Below, one piece after another: positions 14,001-25,125 of a stretch of DNA of 64,000 nucleotides. Every line of letters starts with the position of its first letter. Position 1 is the stretch's first letter. Both the position numbers and the translations under genes were made by a program. The stretch is from Selaginella moellendorffii. Its lineage: Eukaryota > Plantae > Lycopodiophyta. The stretch spans positions 1,158,481-1,222,480 of the forward strand of contig NW_003314281.1 of assembly GCF_000143415.4 (NCBI RefSeq), given 5' to 3'. The notes beneath the pieces are model-generated. The model had not been told where the DNA came from. It made no database searches and saw only the letters and a list, made by a program, of their open reading frames with translations.

Positions 14001-17000
14001 TGGTCACTTTGCTGAAAACCATTCCATTTTCGTAAGCCAATACAAACTAGTGAAGGGGTTAGAGTTGACTTCGGTTAGCTTAGACCTTGGTAAGTGGTTT
14101 GTATAATGCAACCCGAAAGGGATGCTGACTTTTGAGGCTAAGGCAATTGAGTTGGATAGAGTCTAGAGTTGGTATAGAAAAGTGGCTATTGCGCTTTTCT
14201 AAGAAGGGTGACTCTTGTACCTTTCTTTTGTAGCGTTATGCTTAGTGGTAGGTTGCACCTTGCATTACGTTAAACTCTATGAGAGTAGTGAGCTCTCACT
14301 AATCTTGACTTGGTCTTGGTGGCCCTGCACCTTGGTTGAGGATGGTGATGTCCAATTTAGTTGTTTGAGGTTGAGATGTTGGTACCCATACTATAGCTTT
14401 GTCTATGAGGAGGTTGTGTACCAATATGAATCCATCTCATGGTCTTCACTTTAGCTTTAGCTAAGTGTTGATCATGCATAGCTAGCCTCTTCAAGGCATA
14501 CTCAGAGCTATTGACTAAATGCATTAGTGAGCTTATTATGATTGAGTTGGATTCGAGTGGTCATATAGTTTGTGCTTGTCTATGAACTTTTATCTCATAC
14601 CTGAGGTATTATGTTCATGTTGGACAAGTATATGACTCGATGACATGAATTGGTGTTCGGGTCTTGTGAAGGCAAGTTGAAGGGTGATTGTTAGTTGCTT
14701 TACGACTAGTGATTACTTGTAGACTTTGTCAAAAGACTATTGATACTTGCTTCGCTCGATGATGATTTAGCAGTGATGGGTTTGCTTTACTGGATGGTAT
14801 TGTGGAGGATCGTGTTGTTAGACTTACATGGGTTTTCCATGTTGGCATATCAATTCTACCTTTGTCGATATCATTTGGTTGCGTTTAAGTTCGTAGTGTT
14901 AGATTTCATTGAATTTTGGATGTGGTGATTCATTCCTTGATGATGTGTTATCTATAGCTAAGTATTGTTGAAGAACTGGTCTTAAATACTGCCTAAAGTA
15001 TCTTCGACTTTAGTTAGCTTGGTTGCTAAAGAGTTTTGGGTGGTGATTCACTCTTGCTTTCTTCTAGCTTTGTTATGGTGTTGATGGCATTGAAGTGATG
15101 CCTTGTCATTGACATTATTGATGTTGAGATTCGAGTGAAATGAGATATCTCTGTAGGATTGATATTGAGTTTCATTAGTCTTGATGAAGATAGTGTTGAT
15201 GATTTGGCTGTAGCTTTGTGTTGTTAGCATTCATGTATTTGCTAGTTAGCAACTGTATTGACGTTCAGATGAACTGAATAGCAAGTTTGAGTTAGTTGTG
15301 TTCTAAACGAGATTGTTTAGTAGGGGCTGAGCTTTAAGCTTTTCCTTGAAAAAAGTGATTTAGTTATAGACTATGCTAACTTTACAAGTGGAAGAGTTAG
15401 TGATCAATATTAGAATATTTGAATCCTTGTTAGATTTGAGTTGGGATATATTGATCATTGATGATTTGTGTTGTACTTGTTATGAAGTGAGTTACGTCTT
15501 GCTATAGATGGATTCATGGAAGATCGATTGGGTGATCACTTGTTTAGCATAACTTCGTTATGCTTAGCTATTGGATTGATGCAGACATGCTCTTCATTAA
15601 CTTTGGCATTATGAAGTTAGCTTATGGATGTGTTGAGTAAGATATTATGGGTTATACCACGATTTCTTCTTTAGCATTGAAGTTAGTTCATGCAAGACTT
15701 ATGATCATTATAGACAAAGACCTTATGTATAAGCTTCTTCAAACTTTTGGTTCTTTGAGTTTTTATGCTCAATGTTCCATTTGTTAGAAGTTGTTGGGGA
15801 AGGCATTTTGGCTTATTAGCTTTGATATTGTTAGTATTTGCATCTAGCATTCATTGGTAATAATTGACTATCATCTAAGATAATTGATTATCTTTATCAA
15901 AGGTTTTGTTTGATTATTGTTGGTATAAAATGATTTGCCGTTCTTCGGAATGGTAGATTGTTTCTTTGACGATGATTTTGCATTTTTGTTTTATGGGATG
16001 GTTGATGATCTTTTATGATGGTTAATTGTTCTCTTTGATAGCTTATAGCTTTTCGCAATACCATAAGTTGTTTGTGGTTTGCTCTGGATTGGTCTCTTGG
16101 GTTTGAGACATCAGTAGGACATTGCTAACACTTGTTTAAGCAACTCTGGTTCCTTGGTATTATTGACTGGGATCTATTCAGATTGACTTGTGTGATGGTT
16201 GGCATAACTAAATGTTTGTTGGTTTTACCACATTCATTTTGTTTTGTTGATTATTGTTCAAGTTAGTTCTAATAGATTGGGATGTTATTTCCTTTGAGTG
16301 ATATATTTGCGAGCATTTTGTTTGTCAGTCAATGATCCTTAGTGTTTTTTGAGTTATCTTTCGTAAGTTATTTAGCATATTGTCTACAATCTTTGATAGT
16401 TAAGTTTTCTTATTGAGTTTACTTGATGATATCCTTGCTATTGAATTTTGTTTAATGGTGAATCCTATGTTTACCAATTATGGTGATCTTGGTGGATTCT
16501 ATAATTAAGACTCAAAACTATCATTGTCTATGACTTTGGTATTGTCCATCTATTGATCTTTGAATTTGGGCTAGTATAGGCAGACTGGCTTCAGCACTTC
16601 GTGTGCATATTGAAATCTCTAGTCATGGGGTAGTTATTGTCGATTGGTCACATAACCCGCCTCTTTGTTGATGTTCCTTATTCCGTTGAAAGGGCGTGAT
16701 CGTCTAAACAACTCTAACTGCCTGTTTACAGTAGTCTATCTAAACCTTACCGACAGGTTTGGTTTCTTTGCTCAGGAGGGTTGGGGCCTCTGGCTCCTCT
16801 CTCTATGTCCTTGCGGGCAAGGGCGTATCACACTTTTATAGCTGAGTGACACCCAAAGCAGCAAGGGTGGCTGACTCTGTTGGTCATTTCCTTGTCGGTG
16901 ACGGCCGCAAGGTGTCTGAGTTGGTAGCGCATCCGCGTTAGACAAAGAGGTTACCCCCTAACTCATTTAAATGGGTGCATTTCTCACATAGTGTGAGTAT

Positions 17001-18217
17001 TATGAACTTTTTCTGGAGTTATTTCCTTGGCGGTATTCTAGACTGGAGTATGCATCGACGAGGACGTCGATTTTCCCCAAGGGGGGGAGAGTGTCACGAA
17101 TGTGACTTCGGGTATCGAAAGTTACCTGTCGACCAGTCCTTTCGGATATTCTTTCCTTACTGCCACGACGGCAGGAGGTCGGTATTGCTAGACCCGTTAT
17201 CAGTCTCCGCCTAAGTTAGTTGAGAAACTGGTCCTTGCGTGTGCACTTGACCAGATGAGCATAAGGAAGGAATTCCTAAGTGTCTATTTAGTCAAGCATA
17301 CTTGACCTGGTTAGAGAAATTCATTCATTGACTTGCACTTGCTAGTGTTGGGAACCCCCGTGATATTGAGCTTGGTCCCTCAATATCGCTAGATGATAGC
17401 TTACCGTGTCTGCCAAACACCCTCGCTATCATGCCCTTTGTGTTGGCCTCATTTCGGTCCCAAATGTTATTTATGGAAAGTGTCCAGATTTGCTCATTTG
17501 GCATATCTATGGAATGTAGAGATTGTCTTGAACACAATGGTGTTCGTCCCGTGTCCAAATTTGCAATCTGGGGACATTCCATATTTAGTAAGTTTCGAGC
17601 TTGTCCAAGAGACTAACTCTTGATACTAAGGGAGGCTTGGGGTGAAAGCCCAAAGCATGTGTTCCTCAAGCGGGGGGGGGGGCTGTGGGGGGTTCCAAAT
17701 ATATAGTAGGGATAGTGGGTAGGTCGGGCATGGCCAACCAACCTAAGGCATAGTTTAGCTCCCGCTTGCATGCCTGTCCTTGTTCTGCGTTTAGCTTGGG
17801 TCTAAGCCCAAGTTCCATTCCATGCTAGCTGGTGGAGTACCCATGTCCTCGCGTTAGGCCACCGGTATGCTAAAATAGTGCTAGACTCCGTTTGGCTCCG
17901 TTTTGCATGCTGGTCCTGGCATTGGGATGTTAGTTACTTTAGGACTGTTCCAAGTCGCTTCGGGCTCCTATCCCTTCACTCCTTGGGCTGCATGCTCGGG
18001 AGTTGCTCCGTGGTTCGGTTCTGTCACTCCTCGGCTCCATGCTTGGGAGTTTAGCACTGTTCCTTTGTTCAGTGGCCCAAGGCCCTGAACCTTGGGTTCT
18101 ACACCACTGTCCTTTGGACACGTGGCATATGACATGTGGCATGTGTCATGTGGCATAAAGAGGGTTTAGGTTCCGTTTCATGGTGTTATCCTATGGTAAA
18201 TCACCATAGGATAAAGG
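11020..18217 (+). mobile_element. Non-autonomous gypsy-like LTR element (family A) with normal direct LTRs
   Basis: 5' LTR 11020-12178, PBS TGGTATCAGAG ~12181-12191, PPT AAGGGGGGGAGAG 17079-17091, 3' LTR 17092-~18217 (last ~20 bp lost). Inserted into the LTR of the old host copy. Confidence 0.9.
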
Positions 18218-18665
18218 ATAACCACGAAATGAAATCTAAACCATCTATATGCCACATGTCCCCAAGGACAAAAAAGTGAAACCTGAAATTCAAGGTCTTG
18301 GGCCACTAAATGAAGGAACAGAGCCAAACTCTTAAGCATGGAGCTAAAGAGTGAAGGTACTAAAGCACGAAACAACCCCGAGCATATAACCTAAAGAACA
18401 AAAGGATAAAAGCATAGAATAACTTGGAACAATCCTAAAGCATTTAGCATCCCAATGCTAAAACCAGTGTAAAATAGAGCCAAATAAAATTTGGCATTAT
18501 TTCAGCATATTAGTGCCCTAACACGAGGATATGAGTAACATAATGTGAAACTTGGGTTTAAACCCAAGCCAAATGCAAAATAAAAATATTTATGCAAGTG
18601 AGAGTTCAATTATGCCTCAAGTTGGTCGGCCATACCCAACCTATCCATTATCCCTACTATACATA
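18218..18665 (-). mobile_element. Remainder of the old host copy's LTR (decayed, truncated)
   Basis: Collinear with 8003-8490 and continues the LTR broken at 11019. Confidence 0.8.
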
Positions 18666-18757
18666 CATACACTTCCATGCTTTAAGGCATTCATCTTTCC
18701 AACCATTTCCCTTTATTATCACACTTTCTACCACTTGATAACACATTTCCATTCCAT

Positions 18758-19922
18758 GACATGTGGCGAGTGCATATATTAATCCAACACATAGACAATC
18801 CAATTAACTTAAGCCAGTGAAGGGCGAAGATATCATTTCATTGGTTTCTAGTGGAGCGCTCGTTGCCTTGGTGCTCTTAGGGATTTTGTGGTGGAAGGTG
18901 GTGAGACGATCCAATGCCACCAAGAAGAAGCTCCATCAGGGGGATCTCACTGATAGGTACCAAGAGCTGTACCGAGCAAGGGATTCCAGAGCAAGGTGGG
19001 AGAGGGAGGGTTTGGGACTGTGTTCAAGGGGATGCTGCCCAGCAGAGAGATTGTGGCGGTCAAGAGGATTGGCGGTGGATCGCGGCAGGGGGACAAGCAA
19101 CTTAAGGCGGAGGTGATGTGGATTGGCAGCATCCATCACCTCAATCTCGTAAAGCTGGTTGGATTTTGCCTGCAGTCTCCCCCCAACGTACTTGTCTACG
19201 CCAATGGCTTGCTGGATGGATGGATTTTTGCCAAGGACAAGTATCTGCCCTGGGCAACCAGGCTATCCATCGTGCTCAACGTCACTCGAAGGCTTGCATA
19301 TCTCCACGATGGATGCCACAAGAAGGTACTCCATCTAGACATCAAGCCCCAGAACATCCTCCTGGACGAGAAGATGAATGCCAAAATTGCCGACTTTGGA
19401 TTCTCCAAGCTCATTGACAAGGACAAAACTCATGTCGTGACAGTCATGTGGGGCACAGTGGGATACATGGCTCCCAAGTGGCTCCACTCTCGTGTCACGG
19501 ACAAGACGGACGTCTATAGCTTTGGGATCGTCCTCCTGGAGCTCATGTCCTGCATGAAGGCCGTGGAGTATCCCTCGGACTCACAGATGCACGTTGGGTT
19601 CCTCGCCCAGACTGCTTTCAACAAGCTCGACAGTGGAAACGCCATGCACTTGGTGGATGATCGGCTGGTCAAAGCCGAGGACGGTGGTGGTTTATTGAGT
19701 GGCTTCGAGAACATCATCCGGATCGGGCTATGGTGTGCACAGGAGGATCCTTTGCAGCGACCAACGATGTCTGTGGTGGTGAAGATGCTCGAGGGTGCCA
19801 TGGATGTGTTGGCGTTCCCTCAGCTGGAGAGACCCGCTGCACAGGATTCATCACTCCTGGTGAGCAGCAGCGAGAGCTCGGGATTGCAAATCTCCATCTC
19901 GGTCTCTGACTTGGCTCGCTAA
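18758..19922 (+). pseudogene. 5'-truncated receptor-like kinase (TM + non-RD kinase), paralog of kiwellin-RLK-B
   Basis: TM LVALVLLGILWWK is in a different frame from the kinase ([21 protein letters not shown]). APE is APK and there are small deletions. Sequence matches the reverse complement of 23465-24243. Confidence 0.82.
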
Positions 19923-20459
19923 GTAGATATCTGAAGAATTATGATTGCTTAATAAGTTAATTGAACGGCAATTTACATATATATTTAGAATCCTCAATGA
20001 GAAACCAGGAGGTCTCGAGGCGGAAGATCTGGAGGAGTTCAGCAAATGGCTCAAGAATCATCAAGAGAAACGGCAAGACCTTATAAACAAGTAATGAATG
20101 AATGAGGTATATAAACACACACGGCACGGCGATGGCAACCCTAAAAGTGGAAATGACGGCAATGACAGCAATGCTGGAAGAATTGTACATGCAGCAGCAC
20201 TGCATTCAATTCATGGCTAGAAATCACCAATCTGCCACTTCTCTTTCTTTTTCATGAAAGACCAATGTTGATTTCAGAGTCAGAACAATAAATTTAAAAC
20301 GTAGAATTCTTGCTGTGAAATTAGGTGAAGTGGTAGTAAAAATGAATTAAAAATATTGTGGGTCCACAACAAAGTTCACTGACTAATAAATAAAAATAGA
20401 TGAGCTATTTATTAGTCTTAAAATCTTTTCATATGCAAGCATTTCCAATCTAGCTGCCA

Positions 20460-21240
20460 TAGTCTTGGATCTGGCATCCCATAACTCAGCATCCTGTAGC
20501 TCATGATCAATAAGAAGGTAGTTAGATCCCACGTAGAAGTCCATGTTGCATTCATTGTTCTTCTCCTTGTCTTTCGTGCAGGCATCATCCACCCGAACAC
20601 ATCCATTCTGCCGTTGGAAAGCGCTAAGTCTTGGAGCAGATCTATCTTGAGATGTGATCCAAAGGGATACTTCCCTTCATCTGGAACAGCTATAGACACG
20701 TAAAGCTGCAAGTCGTTCCCTCGACTGCCCTTGGGACCATCAGTCACAGAGTAGTAGGTGCAATCGTTGTCTTCACAATTCACGTAGCGCCCATCCTTCA
20801 ACCTTCTAGGACCCTTCGTGGATTTCTGAACTGAAACCGCCACAGACGGAAGCTATCGCGTTGTCATTGCAATCCTTGATTTCTGTGTTTGAGGCCTCGT
20901 TGCCGCACTCCTCTACAGTCCAGTAGTACGTCTCTGGCTGCCTCCACTGAGAATCCCAGAGCCATGCAAGCGAAAAAGAGCACAAGAGAAGCGGAAGATC
21001 GATGATTTTTAGCCATGAATGAATGCAGCGCTGCTGGCTGTATAATTCTTGCATGACCTCGGAGCACTAGCTTTTATAGGAGCCATGCATCGCCGTGCGG
21101 TGTGGTGTGTGTATACCGCATCTGTTGTGGGACCACCAGCCAGGTGCAATCGTCGTCTTCACCCTCGACGTGGCCTCGTTGGTGCTCCTCGGGAGTCCAG
21201 TAGTACGTGAAACTTTCGCTGGCTGTCTCCACTGAGAATC
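20460..21240 (-). pseudogene. Secreted 3D-domain-like protein, frameshifted copy plus upstream partial duplicate
   Basis: ATG at 21016 (MAKNHRSSASLVLFFACMALGF); ~8-bp deletion after AAR and further frameshifts; paralog of 22399-23262. Confidence 0.75.
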
Positions 21241-21566
21241 CACGAAGAAAGATCTGCTGCAATGATACATGGCTGGAATTGCAAACCTCTCGCGGGTAAA
21301 CTGCTCTAGCAAAAGTCTGAAGTCTTTTGCGGTCTCATGTGGAGCTAGACTTGTCAGGCTTTTGACTTTCTAAAGCATTGCGAGGGTCCCGTGGGAGGAA
21401 TTGCTCTTTTAGTCTGCCAGCCCAAAAAAACCTTGACACTGAAAGATACCTCCGAACTTTAAGTCTTTGGGCCGAAACGAACTAATGAGACTTACATGAT
21501 GTCATAGTCTAGTCTCTGACTTTCTATGGTTTCCAGGTGCCCAAGAACAATGGTATTTACTAAACT

Positions 21567-22016
21567 ATGGAGGTGTCGATTCTCTGTGCTTCATGGTCGT
21601 GCTATGTAGCATCCACTCGCAAGCCCAACAACAGGTATGCTCTTCGTTAAGCGACTGCCTGAATGGATCTCTTTGTTTCCTGGAGCGTTCACTCCAGACT
21701 GCTTTCAACAAGCTCGACAGTGGAAACGCCATGGGTCAAAGCCGAGGACGGTGGTGGTTTATCCTTGAGTGGCTTCGAGAACATCATCCGGATCGGGCTA
21801 TGGTGTGGACAGGAGGATCCTTTGCAGCGACCAACGATGTCTGTGGTGGTGAAGATGCTCGAGAGTGCCATGGATGTGTTGGCGTTCCCTCAGCTGGAGA
21901 GACCTGCTGCACAGGATTCATCACTCTTGGTGAGTAGCAGTGGCTCGGGATTGCAGATCTCCATCTCGGTCTCGGACTTGGCTCATTTGAAGAATTATGA
22001 TTGCTTAATAAGTTAA
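21567..22016 (+). pseudogene. Chimeric RLK fragment: 5' end of kiwellin-RLK-A fused to kinase 3' end of RLK-B type
   Basis: 21567-21695 matches 25126-25283. From 21695 it matches 19607-19920 (TAFNKLDSG...IGLWC...SDLA). Confidence 0.8.
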
Positions 22017-22398
22017 TTGAACGGCAATTTACATGTCTCGAAGCAGAAGATCTGGAGGAGTTCAGCAAATAGCTCAAGAGATCATCGAAACTGGCTGCAA
22101 GACCTTATAAACAACCAATGAATGAATGAAACCACTTTAAGTGTTGGCAGGTGCGACGGAGATGCCAACCCTAAAACTGGAAATGACGAATGCTGGAAGA
22201 ATTGTACAGCCAGCAGCACTGCATTCAATTCATGGCTAGAAATCACCAGTCTGCCGCTTCTCTTTCTTTTTCGCTAAAAACCAATGCTGATTTCAGAATC
22301 AGAACATTTAAATTGTTGCTGCTAAGAGATAAAAATAGATGAGCAGTTTATTAGTCTTAATAGGAAACCAAATCTTATAATATGCAAGCATTTCCAAT

Positions 22399-23262
22399 CT
22401 AGTCTTGGATCTGGCAGTTCGGATCAATATTGGCATCCCATAATTCAGCATCCTGTAGCTCATGATCAATATTAAGGTAGTTACTCTCAGATCCCACGTA
22501 GAAGTCCATGTTGCATTCATTGTTCTTCTCCTTGTCTTTCATGCAGGCATCGTCCACCCGAACACATCCATTGTGTTGCCTGCCGTTGGGAAGCGCTATG
22601 TCTTGGAGCAGATCTATCTTGAGATGTGATCCAAAGGGATACTTCCCTTCATCTGGAACAGCGATAGACACGTAAAGCTGCGAGTCGTTCTCTCGACTGC
22701 CCTTGGGACCATCAGTCACGAAGTAGGTGCAATCGTTGTCTTTGCAATTCACGTAGCGCCCATCCTTCAACCTTCCAGCACCCTCGACGTGGATTTCTGA
22801 ACTGAAACCGCCACAGACGGAAGCTATTGCACTGCCACTGCAATCCTTGATTTCTGTGTTTGAGGCCTCGTTGCACTCTCCTCTACAGTCCAGTAGTACG
22901 TGAAACTCTCTCTGGCTGCCTCCACTGAGAATCCCAGAGCCATGCAAGCGAAAAAGAGCACAAGAGAAGCCGAAGATCGATGGTTTTTCTGTACAATTCT
23001 TGCATGACCTCGGAGCACTAGCTTTTGTAGGAGCCATGCATCGCCGTGCCATGTGGTGTGTGTATACCGCGTCTGATGTGGGACCATCGGCCACGGAGTA
23101 GCAGGTGCAATCGTCGTCTTGCTTTCCAGCACCCTCGACGTGGCCTCGTTGGCGCTCCTCTGGAGTCCAGGAGTACGTGAAACTCTCTCTGGCTGTCTCC
23201 ACTGAGAATCCTAGAGCCAAGCAAGCGAAAAAGAGCACGAGAGAAGCGTGATTTCTAGCCAT
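22399..23262 (-). CDS. Secreted protein with C-terminal 3D (MltA/DPBB-like) domain; open but rearranged reading frame
   Basis: 287-aa ORF: signal peptide MARNHASLVLFFACLALGFSVETA, then motifs EGAGRLKDGR, YVSIAV, YPFGSHLKI, HNGCVRVDD, MDFYVG. The middle is an out-of-frame second N-terminus, so functionality is uncertain. Confidence 0.6.
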   Translation of the reverse strand: MARNHASLVLFFACLALGFSVETARESFTYSWTPEERQRGHVEGAGKQDDDCTCYSVADGPTSDAVYTHHMARRCMAPTKASAPRSCKNCTEKPSIFGFSCALFRLHGSGILSGGSQREFHVLLDCRGECNEASNTEIKDCSGSAIASVCGGFSSEIHVEGAGRLKDGRYVNCKDNDCTYFVTDGPKGSRENDSQLYVSIAVPDEGKYPFGSHLKIDLLQDIALPNGRQHNGCVRVDDACMKDKEKNNECNMDFYVGSESNYLNIDHELQDAELWDANIDPNCQIQD

Positions 23263-23448
23263 GAATTGAATGCACTGCTGCTGGCTGTACAATTCTTCCA
23301 GCTTTTCCAGCTTCCAGCCATGCGTTGCTGTGCCTGTTGTCATAACATGAAGATTCAGCAACTGAACTCGTACCAACATCAGCATTGGTCTTTCTTGCTA
23401 ATAAAAAGAAGTTTTTGACGAAGCAAATGTTTAAGTCATATTCATTCA

Positions 23449-24866
23449 TTAGTTGTTTATAAGCCAGAAGCCGAGCTTGTTGAAAGCAGTCTGGGCGAGG
23501 AACCCAACGTCCATCTGTGAGTCCGAGGGATACTCCACGGCCTTCATGCAGCACACGAGCTCCAGGAGGACGATCCCAAAGCTATAGACGTCCGTCTTGT
23601 CCATGACAAGAGAGTGGAGCAACTCGGGAGCCATGTATCCCACTGTGCCCCGTGAGTTTTGTCCTTGTCAATGAGCTTGGAGAATCCAAAGTCGGCAATT
23701 TTGGCATTCATCTTCTCGTCCAGGAGGATGTTCTGGGGCTTGATGTCTAGATGGAGTACCTTCTCGCGGCATCCATCGTGGAGATACGCAAGCCCTCGAG
23801 CGACGTCGGGAAAGCCTGGTTGGCCAGGGCAGGCACTTCTCCTTGGCAAAAATCCATCCATCCAGCAAGCCATTGGCGTAGACGACTACGTTGGGGGGAG
23901 ACTGCAGGCAAAATCGAACCAGCTTGACGAGATTGAGGTGATGGATGCTGCCAATCACCTCCGCCTTAAGTTGCTTGTCCCCCTGCCGCGATCCACCGCC
24001 AATCCTCTTGACCGCCACAATCTGTCCGCTGGGCAACGTCCCCTTGAACACAGTCCCAATCCCTCCCTCTCCCACCTTGCTCTGGAATCCCTTGCTCAGT
24101 GAGATCCCCCCGATGGAGCTTCTTCTTGGTGGCATTGGATCGTCTCACCACCTTCCACCACAAAATCCCTAAGAGCACCAACTAGAAACCAATGCAATCA
24201 CTGGCTTAAGTTAATCATGCGTTGGATCAATATGCCACATGTCTTAATGGTTGCGCCGCCCTTAACCTCTTCAAATGACTTGCAACACATTATCAAAATA
24301 CGTCTGGCCCAGCCCTTCCCACACACCTCTCGTCCCTCCCAACGATCTGGGCGTGCACGGCTCGTAGTATCCGCCACCGTCGCCGTGACGCTCATCCCAT
24401 TCTCTGCCGTGATCACAATCTCTTTGAAGCACGAGGATCCACTGGCAAACCATCCGGTGGCCATGTTTGCCAGGAGCTCCGAGTTCTTGTAAGGCGTGGA
24501 TTGATTGCATGCCGTGGGGAGTTCCTCCAGCTTGATGTAGTAGAAAGCCGCGAAGTTGAGAGACTGCTCTTCAGGGGAGCAATTGAAGAACTGATAGATG
24601 TTGTTGCCGATGCAGTACTCGGGATTGTGGGCAGTGGCATTCGAGTTGACGAAGGTCTTGCCGGGCTCGCAGCCGGGAATTGGGCAGGAAAGGGTGCTAG
24701 CTCCTGGATCGCCATCGTAGGTCTTGCTAACAGGATTGCAAACGAGGCCGCTAGAACAATCGCGCCTAGAGTCGCATCTCGTGCCGCAAGAGGAGGAGAA
24801 TTGCTGCGCGGTGGCGCTGGCGAGTGAGGTCATCGCTGGCGCGAAGAAAGTGCTGCAATGATCCAT
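23449..24866 (-). pseudogene. Kiwellin-RLK-B (kissper/kiwellin ectodomain + TM + non-RD kinase), frameshifted and 3'-truncated
   Basis: CDSRRDCSSGLVC, FNCSP, ATGWF...C.K.I.ITAENG.SV.A.VAD; then in another frame PCTPRSLGGTRGVWEGLG; TM VLLGILWWK; kinase motifs split over three frames. Confidence 0.82.
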
Positions 24867-25125
24867 GGCTGGAATTGCAAAAGGTAAACTGGTTTAAACG
24901 CTGAAGTCTTTGCGGTCTCAAGATCGAAGCTTTTGACTTGTTAAAGCATTGCGGGTCCCTTGGAGGAATTCCTCTTTTCGTCTGCCATCCCAGAAAAACC
25001 ATGACACTGAAAGATACCTGAAGCCAGCTGCCAAACATTAAGTCTGTGACGAGAGAGACGTGATCTCATAGTTTCTGATTTTCTATGGTTTCCAGGTGCC
25101 CAAGAACAGTGGTATTTACTAAACT
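24867..25125. promoter_or_regulatory. Putative bidirectional promoter between the two kiwellin-RLKs
   Basis: 259 bp between divergent ATGs (24866 and 25126); a second copy lies at ~21270-21566. Confidence 0.55.

Noticed and set aside
11015-18221. Clean TSD for the second family A element
   Set aside because: AATAA versus GATAA is only suggestive, and the 3' LTR end is deleted.
18996-19922. Functional 308-aa cytoplasmic kinase
   Set aside because: GTG start, TM in another frame, deletions in conserved subdomains and APE changed to APK; treated as a pseudogene.
24198-24866. Stand-alone intact kiwellin gene (222-aa ORF)
   Set aside because: Homology leaves the frame after TVAD and the downstream TM and kinase remnants show it is a broken RLK.
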